DNA of 64,000 nucleotides from Parcubacteria group bacterium GW2011_GWA2_40_23 (lineage in GTDB: Bacteria; Patescibacteriota; Patescibacteriia; UBA11705; JABHMO01): assembly GCA_000996245.1 (NCBI GenBank), contig LBYP01000003.1:9509-73508 (forward strand), read 5' to 3'. How positions within the stretch are numbered: the stretch's first letter is position 1; every line of letters starts with the position of its first letter. Shown here in pieces: positions 27,839 to 37,500 of this stretch. Below the pieces are notes generated by a model that saw only the letters and a program-made list of their open reading frames with translations, made no database searches and had not been told where the DNA came from. Both the position numbers and the translations under genes were made by a program.

Positions 27839-28429
27839 GCCCAGTTGGACATTTCAATTTAGCAAATTATTGCTGTTCCGTCAACTCCATCCGATTTGCT
27901 CCATCCGATTTGCGAGCCTGCCTGCCGGCAGGCAGGGAGCACCTTTGTTAAGAAAGCGACGTTTACCCTGCACCTAAAGGGCACACTTTATGGTACAGGG
28001 CGGCAATCTCTTAATCAATCCCAAGGAAGCAATCTCCGACATCTTGATGATCGTTAGTTAGTAGGGGCTCAAGATATTGAGCCCCTGGATCTAAATTATC
28101 TTTGCCGTTTACCCCGAATCCAAAGGTCATTGCGAACCCAGCTCTGGGCAGGGGTGAAGCAATCTACCAATTCTCAATGATTTTGTTCTGCTAGAGAACA
28201 AAAGCTTTTTATCGCTGTTATTTATGATTGTTTCATTTTCTTGTTCCTCATAATGCGGTAAATGAAAATGTCATAGGGGTTCAAGACATTGAGCCCTCAT
28301 GGAGTTTTGGTCAAAAATACATTTTTCTGGTATAATTTTGTTTGTAGAAGAGTTTGTAGGGGTTCAAGATATTGAACCCTGCCACAAACAACATTTCAAT
28401 ATTTTTATTAAAAATTATTTTTAAAATTT

Positions 28430-28693
28430 ATGTCCTTAAACTTCCTTAAAGATTTTTACCACAATGTTCGTAATACCTTTATCTGGTTCGTTGTCTATTT
28501 TTTTCTCCAAGCCATAATTTGGATCGCTCTCGCAATTTTAATCCTTGTTTACCCGCAGGCGCTCTACGTGTTAGCTGCGGTTTTCTTTTTTATACTTGCG
28601 GTCGTCAGTTTTTATTTCGCTTGTGTGGTTATCAAATACGCACGTAAAATTAAAAAATTAAAAGATGCCTTAACTGGAGATTTACTCGATTAA
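28430..28693 (+). CDS. small membrane protein (2 TM)
   Basis: 87 aa, ends 3 nt before galU. Confidence 0.4.
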   Translation: MSLNFLKDFYHNVRNTFIWFVVYFFLQAIIWIALAILILVYPQALYVLAAVFFFILAVVSFYFACVVIKYARKIKKLKDALTGDLLD

Positions 28694-28695
28694 GT

Positions 28696-29568
28696 ATGTC
28701 TATTATCAAAAAGCTCGTTATTCCGGTCGCTGGTTATGGCACTAGATTTTTACCAGCCACTAAAGCACAACCAAAAGAGATGCTGCCAATTGTCGATAAA
28801 CCGATCATCCAATATGTAGTCGAAGAGGCAGTTAAATCTGGAATTACAGACGTTATTTTAGTAACCGGAAGTGGTAAACGCGCCGTAGAAGATCATTTTA
28901 GTTATAATTTTGAAATTCAGCATTTTTTAAAAAGTGTTGGCAAAGAAGAAGATAGGGAAGCTTTGAAAAAAATTGCAGACATGGCCAATTTTATTTTTGT
29001 GCGTCAAAAAGGACCTTATGGTAATGGCACTCCAGTCCTGTGTGCCAAAGCTATCATCGGAAATGAGCCCTTTGCTGTTGTTTGGGGTGATGATTTTTGG
29101 CAGTGTCCCAAGGAACCACAAATCAAGCAACTTATGAATGTTTTTGAAAAATATGGCGATCCTGTTTTAACGGCTAAGGACATTTCACGGGCTGATACTA
29201 GCAAGTATGGGGTTATTGATGGTGTTGATTTGGGTAACGGAGTTTTAGAAGTTAAAAAATTGGTTGAAAAACCAGGCCCAGAAAAAGCACCTTCACTCGT
29301 TGGTTCTTTTGGTGGTTATATTTTAACTCCAGATATTTTTGAAGCACTCGAGAATACAAAGCTCGGCAAGGGCGGCGAACTTTGGCTCGTTGATGCGATA
29401 GTTAAGCTTATGAAAAAGCGTCCGGTCTATGCCAAAAAAGTTGTAGGTAAATATTATGATACAGGGTCAAAAATAGGTTATCTTTGCGCGAATGTGGAAT
29501 TTGCGTTGCAACGGCCAGATCTGAAAAAAGATTTCAAAAAATATTTAAAAAGCTTAAATATAAAATAG
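28696..29568 (+). CDS. galU: UTP--glucose-1-phosphate uridylyltransferase
   Basis: N-terminus KKLVIPVAGYGTRFLPATKAQPKEMLPIVDKPIIQY. 290 aa. Confidence 0.85.
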   Translation: MSIIKKLVIPVAGYGTRFLPATKAQPKEMLPIVDKPIIQYVVEEAVKSGITDVILVTGSGKRAVEDHFSYNFEIQHFLKSVGKEEDREALKKIADMANFIFVRQKGPYGNGTPVLCAKAIIGNEPFAVVWGDDFWQCPKEPQIKQLMNVFEKYGDPVLTAKDISRADTSKYGVIDGVDLGNGVLEVKKLVEKPGPEKAPSLVGSFGGYILTPDIFEALENTKLGKGGELWLVDAIVKLMKKRPVYAKKVVGKYYDTGSKIGYLCANVEFALQRPDLKKDFKKYLKSLNIK

Positions 29569-29569
29569 T

Positions 29570-31009
29570 ATGGTCAAACGAGGGGTTTTTAAAATGGCAT
29601 TAGTGTCTTTGATTGTTTTTGTTCTGCTCGTTACTACTGGTTGCGCTACGAAAGGCGGCACAACGGAAGCCAAAAATGCTTATAAACCGGTTAAATTAGA
29701 ATACTGGAGTGTCTGGAATGATGAAGCTGATGTAACACTTTTGATTAATGCTTATAGAAAAGTTCATCCCAATGTTACTATTAATTATAAAAAATTCCGC
29801 TACGAAGAATATGAACGCGCCTTGCTCGAGGCTATGGCTGAGGATAGGGGGCCAGATGTTTTTTCGATTCATAATACTTGGATGAGAAAATATAAAACAA
29901 GACTTTTGCCAGCACCAACATCAGTTAGTCTCCCCTATAAATATATGTCTGGTTCTATTAAACCAGAAGAAATAGTCGAGTTGCGACCCACCACAATTGT
30001 TTCTGCCAGTAGTGTGGGGAAAACCTTTTTAGATGTTGTTGCTCCTGATGTTGTGATGCCATATAATACTGCCCCAACTACCACGGGAACGAAACCAGTC
30101 TATGAAAATAAGGTTTTTGGTTTGCCACTTAGTGTTGATACCTTAGTTCTCTATTACAATAAAGATTTATTAAACAATGCGGGTATAATTTCTGCTCCAG
30201 CAGATTGGACAGAGTTCCAAAATCAGGTTAAGAAAATTACTAAAATTGATAAGGAAACTGGTGACATTATATTGTCAGGTGCTGCTGTCGGCGCGGCTGA
30301 CAATGTTGTGCGCAGTACCGATATTTTAGCCTTACTCATGATGCAAAATTTAGCACCCATGTTAGATGAAACAGGTAATGCTTCTTTTGATAAAATACCC
30401 AGAGGTTATCCTGAAATAACAATCCCACCAGGCCTGGGCGCACTCGAGTTTTACACTCAGTTTTCTTCGCCTCTTTATGAAGGTTATTGTTGGAATAATA
30501 AAATGCCGAATAGTTTAGAAGCTTTTATTAAAGGCAAAACAGCTTTTTTCTTTGGTTATGCCTATAATCGTGCGGAGATTGTAAGCAAAGCTCCGAAGTT
30601 AAATTTCAGTATCGCGCCGGTGCCACAGGTTAGCGAGGCGCAAAAAGTTAATTATGCTAATTATTGGGTAGAATCTGTTTCTAACAAAACCAAAGTAAAA
30701 GATTATGCTTGGGATTTTGTTAATTTTATCACCCAAGAAGCAAATGTTGAAAAGTATTTAGATCAATCTAAAAAACCAACAGCTCTCCGTTCAACAAAAT
30801 TAATTAACAAGCAATTGGCCAGTCCAGCCACAGAAGTTTTTGCTGATCAATTGTTGACTGCTAAGAGTTGGTATAAAGGCATGAATCCTGAGGCTGCCGA
30901 GCAGGCATTTAAAGAAATGATTAACGTTGTTTTAGATAGTTCGCTTGATACCCAAAAAGCATTGAAACAGGGCGTTGCTAAAGTAGATCAATCAATTTAT
31001 TCAAAATAA
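29570..31009 (+). CDS. extracellular solute-binding lipoprotein (ABC transporter SBP family 1-like)
   Basis: Signal peptide with lipobox VTTGC. 479 aa. Typical SBP length and composition. Confidence 0.5.
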   Translation: MVKRGVFKMALVSLIVFVLLVTTGCATKGGTTEAKNAYKPVKLEYWSVWNDEADVTLLINAYRKVHPNVTINYKKFRYEEYERALLEAMAEDRGPDVFSIHNTWMRKYKTRLLPAPTSVSLPYKYMSGSIKPEEIVELRPTTIVSASSVGKTFLDVVAPDVVMPYNTAPTTTGTKPVYENKVFGLPLSVDTLVLYYNKDLLNNAGIISAPADWTEFQNQVKKITKIDKETGDIILSGAAVGAADNVVRSTDILALLMMQNLAPMLDETGNASFDKIPRGYPEITIPPGLGALEFYTQFSSPLYEGYCWNNKMPNSLEAFIKGKTAFFFGYAYNRAEIVSKAPKLNFSIAPVPQVSEAQKVNYANYWVESVSNKTKVKDYAWDFVNFITQEANVEKYLDQSKKPTALRSTKLINKQLASPATEVFADQLLTAKSWYKGMNPEAAEQAFKEMINVVLDSSLDTQKALKQGVAKVDQSIYSK

Positions 31010-31011
31010 AT

Positions 31012-31440
31012 ATGCAGAAAACGATTATTGTTGTTGTCCTGAGTCTCTGTGTTTTTTCTTTAGCTACACCGGTTTTTGCTTTCCCCACTTTAGTGCCAGT
31101 TGAATGCTCTGGAGATGCTTTGCTTGATAATCCCTCAACGGCAGAAAAAGAATGTGAACAATGTGACTTGGGAAAAGAATCAGGTCCACAATGTTGTTGT
31201 AATCTTAGCTCTGTTGAACGTATTGCAGTTAATGTCATGCAAATTATTTTGGGCATTGCTGGTTCATTAGCCTTGCTAACATTCGTTGTGGGCGGGGTTT
31301 TGTATATGACCTCTGGCGGTGAACCGGCTAAGGTCAGTAAGGCTACAACAATGTTGAAAACCGCAGTTATTGGTATTGCCATTATTCTTTTATCTGGAAT
31401 TATAATTCAAACACTACTCCGAAAATTAACTGGTACATAA
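31012..31440 (+). CDS. T4SS pilin-like protein (TrbC/VirB2-like, PF18895-like), copy 1. Cys-rich variable region.
   Basis: Signal peptide, variable region (CSGD...CEQC...QCCCN), TM hairpin with the conserved (Y/W)MT(S/A)GG(D/E)P.K loop. Confidence 0.5.
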   Translation: MQKTIIVVVLSLCVFSLATPVFAFPTLVPVECSGDALLDNPSTAEKECEQCDLGKESGPQCCCNLSSVERIAVNVMQIILGIAGSLALLTFVVGGVLYMTSGGEPAKVSKATTMLKTAVIGIAIILLSGIIIQTLLRKLTGT

Positions 31441-31443
31441 AAT

Positions 31444-31833
31444 ATGAAGAAACTTTTTGTTATTTTTGCACTGATATTTTTATTTTGTTCTTTGGCTACT
31501 GTTGTTTTTGCTGGTGAAAAAGCGGCTATAGATGCGGCTATAGACAAAATAGATGTTGGTTTTGGTTCCGGTATTGTCACGGCCAAAGGGGGCGATCCCA
31601 GCACGGTAACTCAAGAATTAATTGGTAATGCCATCAAAATTCTCCTGGGGATAATGGGTTCTGTTGCTTTGTGCATTTTCATTTACGGTGGTATAATATG
31701 GATGACAGCCGGAGGCACACCGGAGAATATTACTAATGCGCAAAACACAATGATTTGGGCAGCAATAGGTCTATTTGCTATTTTTGCTAGCTACATGATT
31801 ATCAATTTCTTAATAGGTTCACTGACGTTTTAA
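31444..31833 (+). CDS. T4SS pilin-like protein, copy 2
   Basis: Same architecture: IWMTAGGTPENI loop between two hydrophobic helices. Confidence 0.5.
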   Translation: MKKLFVIFALIFLFCSLATVVFAGEKAAIDAAIDKIDVGFGSGIVTAKGGDPSTVTQELIGNAIKILLGIMGSVALCIFIYGGIIWMTAGGTPENITNAQNTMIWAAIGLFAIFASYMIINFLIGSLTF

Positions 31834-31870
31834 CAAGTTTAAATAAAAATTAATAATTAACTTTAAGCAC

Positions 31871-32296
31871 ATGCTAAACGTACAAAAAGTTAAAAACATT
31901 GCTCGCCTAGGTGTTTTTGCTTTGGCTATTTTGACTCTCGTTGTGCCAGTAATTCTTCCGTTTGTTACAGCATCAGCTGCAGTTGAGGATTTCGGACTAT
32001 CAGATGTAAGCACTAGCGCTGGTTTGAAGAATGCTGACCTTAAAGCAACTATTGGTAAATTACTCAAGGTTGCTCTAGGCTTCTTGGGTATTATTGCTGT
32101 CATCATTGTTTTAGTTGGTGGTTTTAAGTACATGACAGCTGGTGGTGCAGAAGAAAAAGTTGGTGATGCTAAGAAGTGGATTGTTTCTGGTATCATTGGT
32201 TTAGCGATCGTTTTGAGCGCCTACGCCATTACTTCTTTCGCACTTACACAATTTACAAAAGCATTAACTGATGCTGGCGCACCTAAGGTTGAGTAA
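31871..32296 (+). CDS. T4SS pilin-like protein, copy 3
   Basis: KYMTAGGAEEKV loop. Same family. Confidence 0.5.
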   Translation: MLNVQKVKNIARLGVFALAILTLVVPVILPFVTASAAVEDFGLSDVSTSAGLKNADLKATIGKLLKVALGFLGIIAVIIVLVGGFKYMTAGGAEEKVGDAKKWIVSGIIGLAIVLSAYAITSFALTQFTKALTDAGAPKVE

Positions 32297-32364
32297 TTTT
32301 TTAGTTTGTCCCTCGCCTTTAGCGAGGGACATGACACGAGTTAATTAATAAATTTAATTGATTC

Positions 32365-32769
32365 GTGTCATGTATGAAAAAGACCATTTATTTAAGTATA
32401 ATTTTTATTGCTATATTGACTTTGTTTGCTGCACAAGCAGTTTTTGCAGGTGACCCGCCAGCAGCAGCAAGTACTTTACGCAAAAGTCTCGACACAGCTG
32501 CGACCGAGCCAGGGCTTATTCCAACTAGCGGAGTTACAGACATTCCAAGTATGGTTGGTAAAATAGTGAGTGTGGCCTTGCAATTTGTTTCACTGTTATT
32601 TTTGATAATAATTGTTTACGCTGGTATTCGTTGGATGACGGCCAATGGTGACCCCGGAAAGGTAAAAGAAGCGCGCAGTTGGATGATCCATGCGGCCATA
32701 GGTCTACTTATAACCCTCATGTCTTATCAGGTAGTGGCTTATATAATCGACAAGATTGTAATTCAATAG
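32365..32769 (+). CDS. T4SS pilin-like protein, copy 4
   Basis: RWMTANGDPGKV loop. Confidence 0.5.
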   Translation: MSCMKKTIYLSIIFIAILTLFAAQAVFAGDPPAAASTLRKSLDTAATEPGLIPTSGVTDIPSMVGKIVSVALQFVSLLFLIIIVYAGIRWMTANGDPGKVKEARSWMIHAAIGLLITLMSYQVVAYIIDKIVIQ

Positions 32770-32788
32770 TGTTAGCCGTATAAAAAGT

Positions 32789-33169
32789 ATGAAAAAGGTT
32801 TTAATTTATTTCTTACTATTATCAGTTTTTTGGTGCGCAGGTGTGGCTTATGTCTCGGCTGCCACAGCGCAAGATATTGCCAAGGGTGGTCTTGATGCTA
32901 CTAATGCTAAGGTGGGGTTAGCGGAAGGCGACCCTGCTACAACTATTGGTGCGGCACTGGGCGTTCTGTTGAACATATTGAGTTTAATATTTTTAATAAT
33001 TTGTGTTTACGCTGGGGTTACGTGGATGACAGCTAGTGGCGAAAAAGATAATATTGCTAAAGCCAGATCCATGTTGATTCAAGGTTCTATAGGTCTTGCA
33101 GTAACGCTTGCAGCTTACGCCTTTACTGCGTTTGTGGTTGATCGTATAAGTACAGCTGTAATAAAATAG
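32789..33169 (+). CDS. T4SS pilin-like protein, copy 5
   Basis: TWMTASGEKDNI loop. Confidence 0.5.
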   Translation: MKKVLIYFLLLSVFWCAGVAYVSAATAQDIAKGGLDATNAKVGLAEGDPATTIGAALGVLLNILSLIFLIICVYAGVTWMTASGEKDNIAKARSMLIQGSIGLAVTLAAYAFTAFVVDRISTAVIK

Positions 33170-33173
33170 TGAT

Positions 33174-33596
33174 ATGAAAAACTTTATTTATAATCCACGT
33201 AATTTGAAAATCTTAAGCTTATTATTTATTATTGTTTGTAGTTTTGTTTTTGCTAGTGTTGGTCAGGCGGGGCTCGATTTAAATGGTCCACTAGAAAAGG
33301 CAGGTAAGGGTATTTACGGAGCAGATGCCTTGCCCACAGCAGATCAAATGCCGATTACTATTGGTAAAGTTATTGGAGTAGTTCTTTCCTTAGTTGGTAT
33401 AATTTTGGTAATCATAATCGTTTATGCCGGTTTTACTTGGATGACTGGTGGTGGTGATCCAGAAAAAATTAAAGATGCCAAGAGTTGGATGCTTAATGCC
33501 GTGATTGGTTTGTTGATTTGCCTCGTTGCTTATAGCTTGTCATCTTTCGTGGTGACTAAAATTTTTGAAGCAACAACTGCCACTAAGACACCATGA
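33174..33596 (+). CDS. T4SS pilin-like protein, copy 6
   Basis: TWMTGGGDPEKIKDAKSWMLNAVIGL, nearly identical to copy 7. Confidence 0.5.
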   Translation: MKNFIYNPRNLKILSLLFIIVCSFVFASVGQAGLDLNGPLEKAGKGIYGADALPTADQMPITIGKVIGVVLSLVGIILVIIIVYAGFTWMTGGGDPEKIKDAKSWMLNAVIGLLICLVAYSLSSFVVTKIFEATTATKTP

Positions 33597-34063
33597 AAAA
33601 AATAGGTTTTAAATATTTAATTAATTTTAGTATGATGAAAAAATTCTTCTCTTTGTCATTATTATTGATAATGACAGCCATCCTTGTATCTAATCTTTGG
33701 GTGGTCCCCGCTGTTTCAGCTAGTAATCTTCAATCCAACATACAAGGCAGTATGGACCAGGTGACAAAGGCAGCTGGGTATGGAGATGCTACAACCGGCA
33801 TATCAGATTTGCCAACAATGGTAGGTAATATAATTGGTATTGGTTTAGGTCTCCTTGGTATGGTCATGGTGATAATTATTATTTATTCTGGTTACCTTTG
33901 GATGACTGGTGGTGGTGACCCAGAAAAAATTAAAGATGCTAAGAGTTGGATGTTAAATGCAGTAATTGGTTTAATTATTCTTTTAGCTGCTTATTCGATT
34001 TCAGACTTTGTTATCTTAAAGGTTTTTTGCGCCACAAGCGACAATACTGCTGCTGGTTGCTAG
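33593..34063 (+). CDS. T4SS pilin-like protein, copy 7
   Basis: LWMTGGGDPEKIKDAKSWMLNAVIGL. ATGA overlap with copy 6. Confidence 0.5.
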   Translation: MKKIGFKYLINFSMMKKFFSLSLLLIMTAILVSNLWVVPAVSASNLQSNIQGSMDQVTKAAGYGDATTGISDLPTMVGNIIGIGLGLLGMVMVIIIIYSGYLWMTGGGDPEKIKDAKSWMLNAVIGLIILLAAYSISDFVILKVFCATSDNTAAGC

Positions 34064-34080
34064 TTCAATTACTTTATTTA

Positions 34081-34118
34081 AAAAGCTCCCCTCCAAGCAT
34101 GGAATAGGGGAGCTTTTT
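34081..34118 (+). terminator. rho-independent terminator after the pilin array
   Basis: AAAAGCTCCCCT...AGGGGAGCTTTTT. Confidence 0.6.
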
Positions 34119-34200
34119 GCTTGCCCAGCAGTCAAACAAAGTTTGTACTGCTGGGTTGTCCGCCAAAGACGGACTATATAAAGGACAATGACTAAAGCAA

Positions 34201-35199
34201 TTATTTCATTAATTTTTTGAATTTTTCTACCAAGTCTACTGGTGCTGGGTCTATCTTATATAATAAGGCCAAGTAATAGGATGTCCAAAGACCCAGTTGT
34301 AGTGTCGTTACTAGTTTATAAAGAGCAGAACCTTTCAACATTTCAATATTTTGCACATTTAACTTTTTGCCTAGCAACTTTGTAAAAATTTGTGTACGTT
34401 TTATATTGCGTGAATGTTCATCTGGATCAGTAATAATGAATGTTTTGTACTTTGTCAGCAAGTGAGTGAAGCCAACCATTTCATTGTGATTCATTTCAGG
34501 AAAAACATTCCAAAAACTTTGTGTCTTGGCATTTTCATTAAAATTTATCTTCCAAACCATAGCCGTGTATTTCCACTTATTCGTTGTGTAGACTAATACA
34601 ACCTTGTCTTTGGCTGCCTTAGCTAGTTTTTGTGCTTTCATTTCGAGAGAACTGACGACTGATTGAGCTTTATTAATGTCTTTAATAAAAGGCTTCTCGT
34701 CTAATTTGATCAATTTGCTGTTTACCAGAACTTTTAGCAAGGCTCCCACGTAAAAGCCATAAGCCATGCGTGGCTGCTTAGCATCAGGGATCTGAATAAA
34801 AGCATATTTTTTCTTGGCAGCTATTTTTTTTAGTTCTCCGGTATGTGCCAAGACTACAATATTTTTTAAACCACGTTTTTCAGCTTCTTTTAAACAAGCC
34901 AGAATTTCTTCAGTATTACCAGAATAGGAATTAAAAAAACCGCACCAAGTTTTGTCGGTTGCTTTTGGCAAAACATAGTCGCGGTTTATTTTTATGGAAG
35001 CGTGAAAATCTATTTTAGCAGTCGAAATGTATGTTTTTAAAAGATTCGCTGGTAAAGCGGAACCGCCCATGCCACAAAACACAATTTTTTTAGTGTCTGT
35101 AGGAATTTTTATGTCGGTAGAATTGTAGCCATCAAGAAATTGTTGTGGCAAGCCGTTGATGATCGCGTGCAGATTTTGGCTATCTAGCTTTTTGGACAT
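34201..35199 (-). CDS. bifunctional phosphoglucose/phosphomannose isomerase (SIS domain, archaeal-type PGI/PMI)
   Basis: GMGGSALPANLLK. 332 aa. Confidence 0.7.
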   Translation of the reverse strand: MSKKLDSQNLHAIINGLPQQFLDGYNSTDIKIPTDTKKIVFCGMGGSALPANLLKTYISTAKIDFHASIKINRDYVLPKATDKTWCGFFNSYSGNTEEILACLKEAEKRGLKNIVVLAHTGELKKIAAKKKYAFIQIPDAKQPRMAYGFYVGALLKVLVNSKLIKLDEKPFIKDINKAQSVVSSLEMKAQKLAKAAKDKVVLVYTTNKWKYTAMVWKINFNENAKTQSFWNVFPEMNHNEMVGFTHLLTKYKTFIITDPDEHSRNIKRTQIFTKLLGKKLNVQNIEMLKGSALYKLVTTLQLGLWTSYYLALLYKIDPAPVDLVEKFKKLMK

Positions 35200-35518
35200 A
35201 AATTATCAAAACATAAATAAACTTAATATAAACTTATCAGATATTATTAAATGATTCAATTAACTTATACACACGAAGAAGGAAACAAACAATCAATTAA
35301 TCAATAAAACAAAAAGCAAAATCAATGGTACGTGTAAGTCGCGACTTACACGTACGGGATTGCTAATCACCCGTAGGTGCAGGTCGCGACCTGCACCTAC
35401 GGGAAGGATGAATCCACTCGCAAAAAGAGCCTTGATTTTATGCCTGAATTTTGGTATGGTGTGAATGTAATTTAGAAGATTCAAAAGGGGTGATTAACTA
35501 TTAATCAGGCTATTTTTT

Positions 35519-36235
35519 ATGTCAGGACACAGCAAATGGGCCACAACCAAAAATGCTAAAGCCGCTGCAGACGCAAAACGTTCTAGTTCGTTTACAAAGC
35601 TTTCAAAAAATATTTCTATTGCCGCTCGCAAGGGGGGTGATCCGGATACAAATTTTTCGCTTCGTCTGGCTATTGATAAGGCCAAAGAAGGTAATATGCC
35701 GAAAGAAAATATTGATCGTGCTATTAAACGAGGAACGGGTGAACTCGAAGGAGCAACATTAGAAGAAGTCATGTATGAGGGTTATGGACCGAGTGGAGTG
35801 GCTGTTCTGGTTGAAGCAGTGACAGATAATAAAAATAGAACTACACCAGAGATCAGATCTCTTTTAACTAGAGCTGGTGGTTCTCTGGGAGCTCAAAATG
35901 CAGTGCAGTGGATGTTTGAACATAAAGGTGTAATACGCGTGAAGAGTGAGCAGATTACTGATAAAGATAATTTTTTATTGTCAGTTATTGATTTTGGTTC
36001 TGAAGATGTAATTGAAGAAGATGGCGGATTTACCGTCCGCTGTGCATTCTCTGATTTTGAAAAAGTAAAACGTGGAATAGAAGCTTTGGGTTTGAAGGTT
36101 GATTATGCGGAAGTTGAATGGGTGGCTAAGGATTTAGTGGAGGCAGCACCGGAAGCGCAAGAAAGTGTGAATTCATTAGTTGACACATTGGAAGCGCAGG
36201 ATGATGTTAATGGAGTCTATACTAATCTTAAATAA
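35519..36235 (+). CDS. yebC: YebC/PmpR-family transcriptional regulator
   Basis: MSGHSKWATTKNAKAAADAKR... 238 aa. Confidence 0.85.
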   Translation: MSGHSKWATTKNAKAAADAKRSSSFTKLSKNISIAARKGGDPDTNFSLRLAIDKAKEGNMPKENIDRAIKRGTGELEGATLEEVMYEGYGPSGVAVLVEAVTDNKNRTTPEIRSLLTRAGGSLGAQNAVQWMFEHKGVIRVKSEQITDKDNFLLSVIDFGSEDVIEEDGGFTVRCAFSDFEKVKRGIEALGLKVDYAEVEWVAKDLVEAAPEAQESVNSLVDTLEAQDDVNGVYTNLK

Positions 36236-36237
36236 GT

Positions 36238-36744
36238 GTGAGTACTAAAAACAAAATTATTCTGGGTATTGATCCAGGATATGGACTCACCGGGTACGGG
36301 CTTATAGTCGTTGCGGGGTCTCGTATTAAAGCTCTTGATTATGGCGTTATCGAAACTTCGAATCAGGATGAATTTCCTGGACGCTTAAAAACTTTACATC
36401 AAGAACTCACTAAAATAATTAAAAAATATAAACCAGACATTGTTGCTGTTGAAGAATTATTTTTTTATAAGAATGTAACAACAGCTATTAAGGTTGGTCA
36501 GGCACGTGGAGTTATTATTCTGTCAGCCGTTTTGGCACACGTACCAGTTGTTGAGTTTACTCCGTTACAGGTTAAGCAAGCCATCTCTAGTTATGGTCGT
36601 GCAGGCAAAAATCAAGTTCAGCAAATGGTCAAAGTGTTTTTATCATTAGATAAAATTCCTAAACCAGATGATGCGGCGGATGCTTTGGCGGTGGCTATTT
36701 GCGCAGCCAATTCAGTCAAGTTTTTGAAAAAGATTAGCCAATAA
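36238..36744 (+). CDS. ruvC: Holliday junction resolvase RuvC
   Basis: GTG start, ILGIDPGYGLTGYGLI... 168 aa. Follows yebC. Confidence 0.8.
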   Translation: MSTKNKIILGIDPGYGLTGYGLIVVAGSRIKALDYGVIETSNQDEFPGRLKTLHQELTKIIKKYKPDIVAVEELFFYKNVTTAIKVGQARGVIILSAVLAHVPVVEFTPLQVKQAISSYGRAGKNQVQQMVKVFLSLDKIPKPDDAADALAVAICAANSVKFLKKISQ

Positions 36745-36747
36745 TAT

Positions 36748-37500
36748 ATGCAGATGTTACAGAATATCTCTGGAGGAGTTCGAACCTCATATGGGGTTAA
36801 AAGAGAAGGGAAAACAGAGTTTGTTATTGTGGCTCCGCATGCAGGTGGAGATGATCGTTGTACGGGTAAGATTGCGCGTCTTATTGGAAAACAATTAGAA
36901 GCTGGGATAGTCATTAATAAGTTCTTTTTTAAAAAAACAAATTCACGTGCTGAGAAATTACCAGATAGAGCTATAGATTTTAATCGTTTGTATTGGAGTA
37001 GTCGTCAAGGAAAATATATTTGGAAAAAGCAATTTCCAGCCATGAAAGAGTTTTACACAGACATTGGGAAATTTTGCGATCGAGTAGCAGAAAGAAGTCA
37101 TAAAAAAGCAGTTGCAGTGTATATACATGGAATGAATATCCCTCGTCTAGGAATTGATATCGGAGTAGGTATGAAGGCGAAGGGGAAGGGTTTTAGGTTC
37201 GAAGGTAGTTTAAAAAGTCCCTATTATTGTTCTGGTGTTGCCACTCTTCAACTAAGTCAGGTAAAAAAAATAAAAAAGTTACTTGAGACGGGAATCATGA
37301 ATAAGTATGGTTTGATGGTCGGAGTTGGTAAGCATTATCCGGCCTGGAGTAAGCGCATCGCAGTTCAATTTCATAAAACAGCTGGTAGAGATGATTATGC
37401 CCTTCAACTGGAGATTGATAAGGAGCTTAGAAATAGTCCTGAAGATTTAGTCTATATATCAAATTTAATAAGTGAATCATTAAAAAATACATTTTGTTAA
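36748..37500 (+). CDS. hypothetical protein (possible metal-dependent amidohydrolase-like), translationally coupled to the downstream RimK-like ligase
   Basis: VIVAPHAGGDD motif. 250 aa. 7-nt overlap with the next gene. Confidence 0.3.
   Translation: MQMLQNISGGVRTSYGVKREGKTEFVIVAPHAGGDDRCTGKIARLIGKQLEAGIVINKFFFKKTNSRAEKLPDRAIDFNRLYWSSRQGKYIWKKQFPAMKEFYTDIGKFCDRVAERSHKKAVAVYIHGMNIPRLGIDIGVGMKAKGKGFRFEGSLKSPYYCSGVATLQLSQVKKIKKLLETGIMNKYGLMVGVGKHYPAWSKRIAVQFHKTAGRDDYALQLEIDKELRNSPEDLVYISNLISESLKNTFC

Noticed and set aside
27066-27977. Plus-strand ORFs opposite the high-GC gene 27017-27838
   Set aside because: Same antisense high-GC artefact. The minus-strand frame is the longest and has a coherent zinc-ribbon C-terminus.
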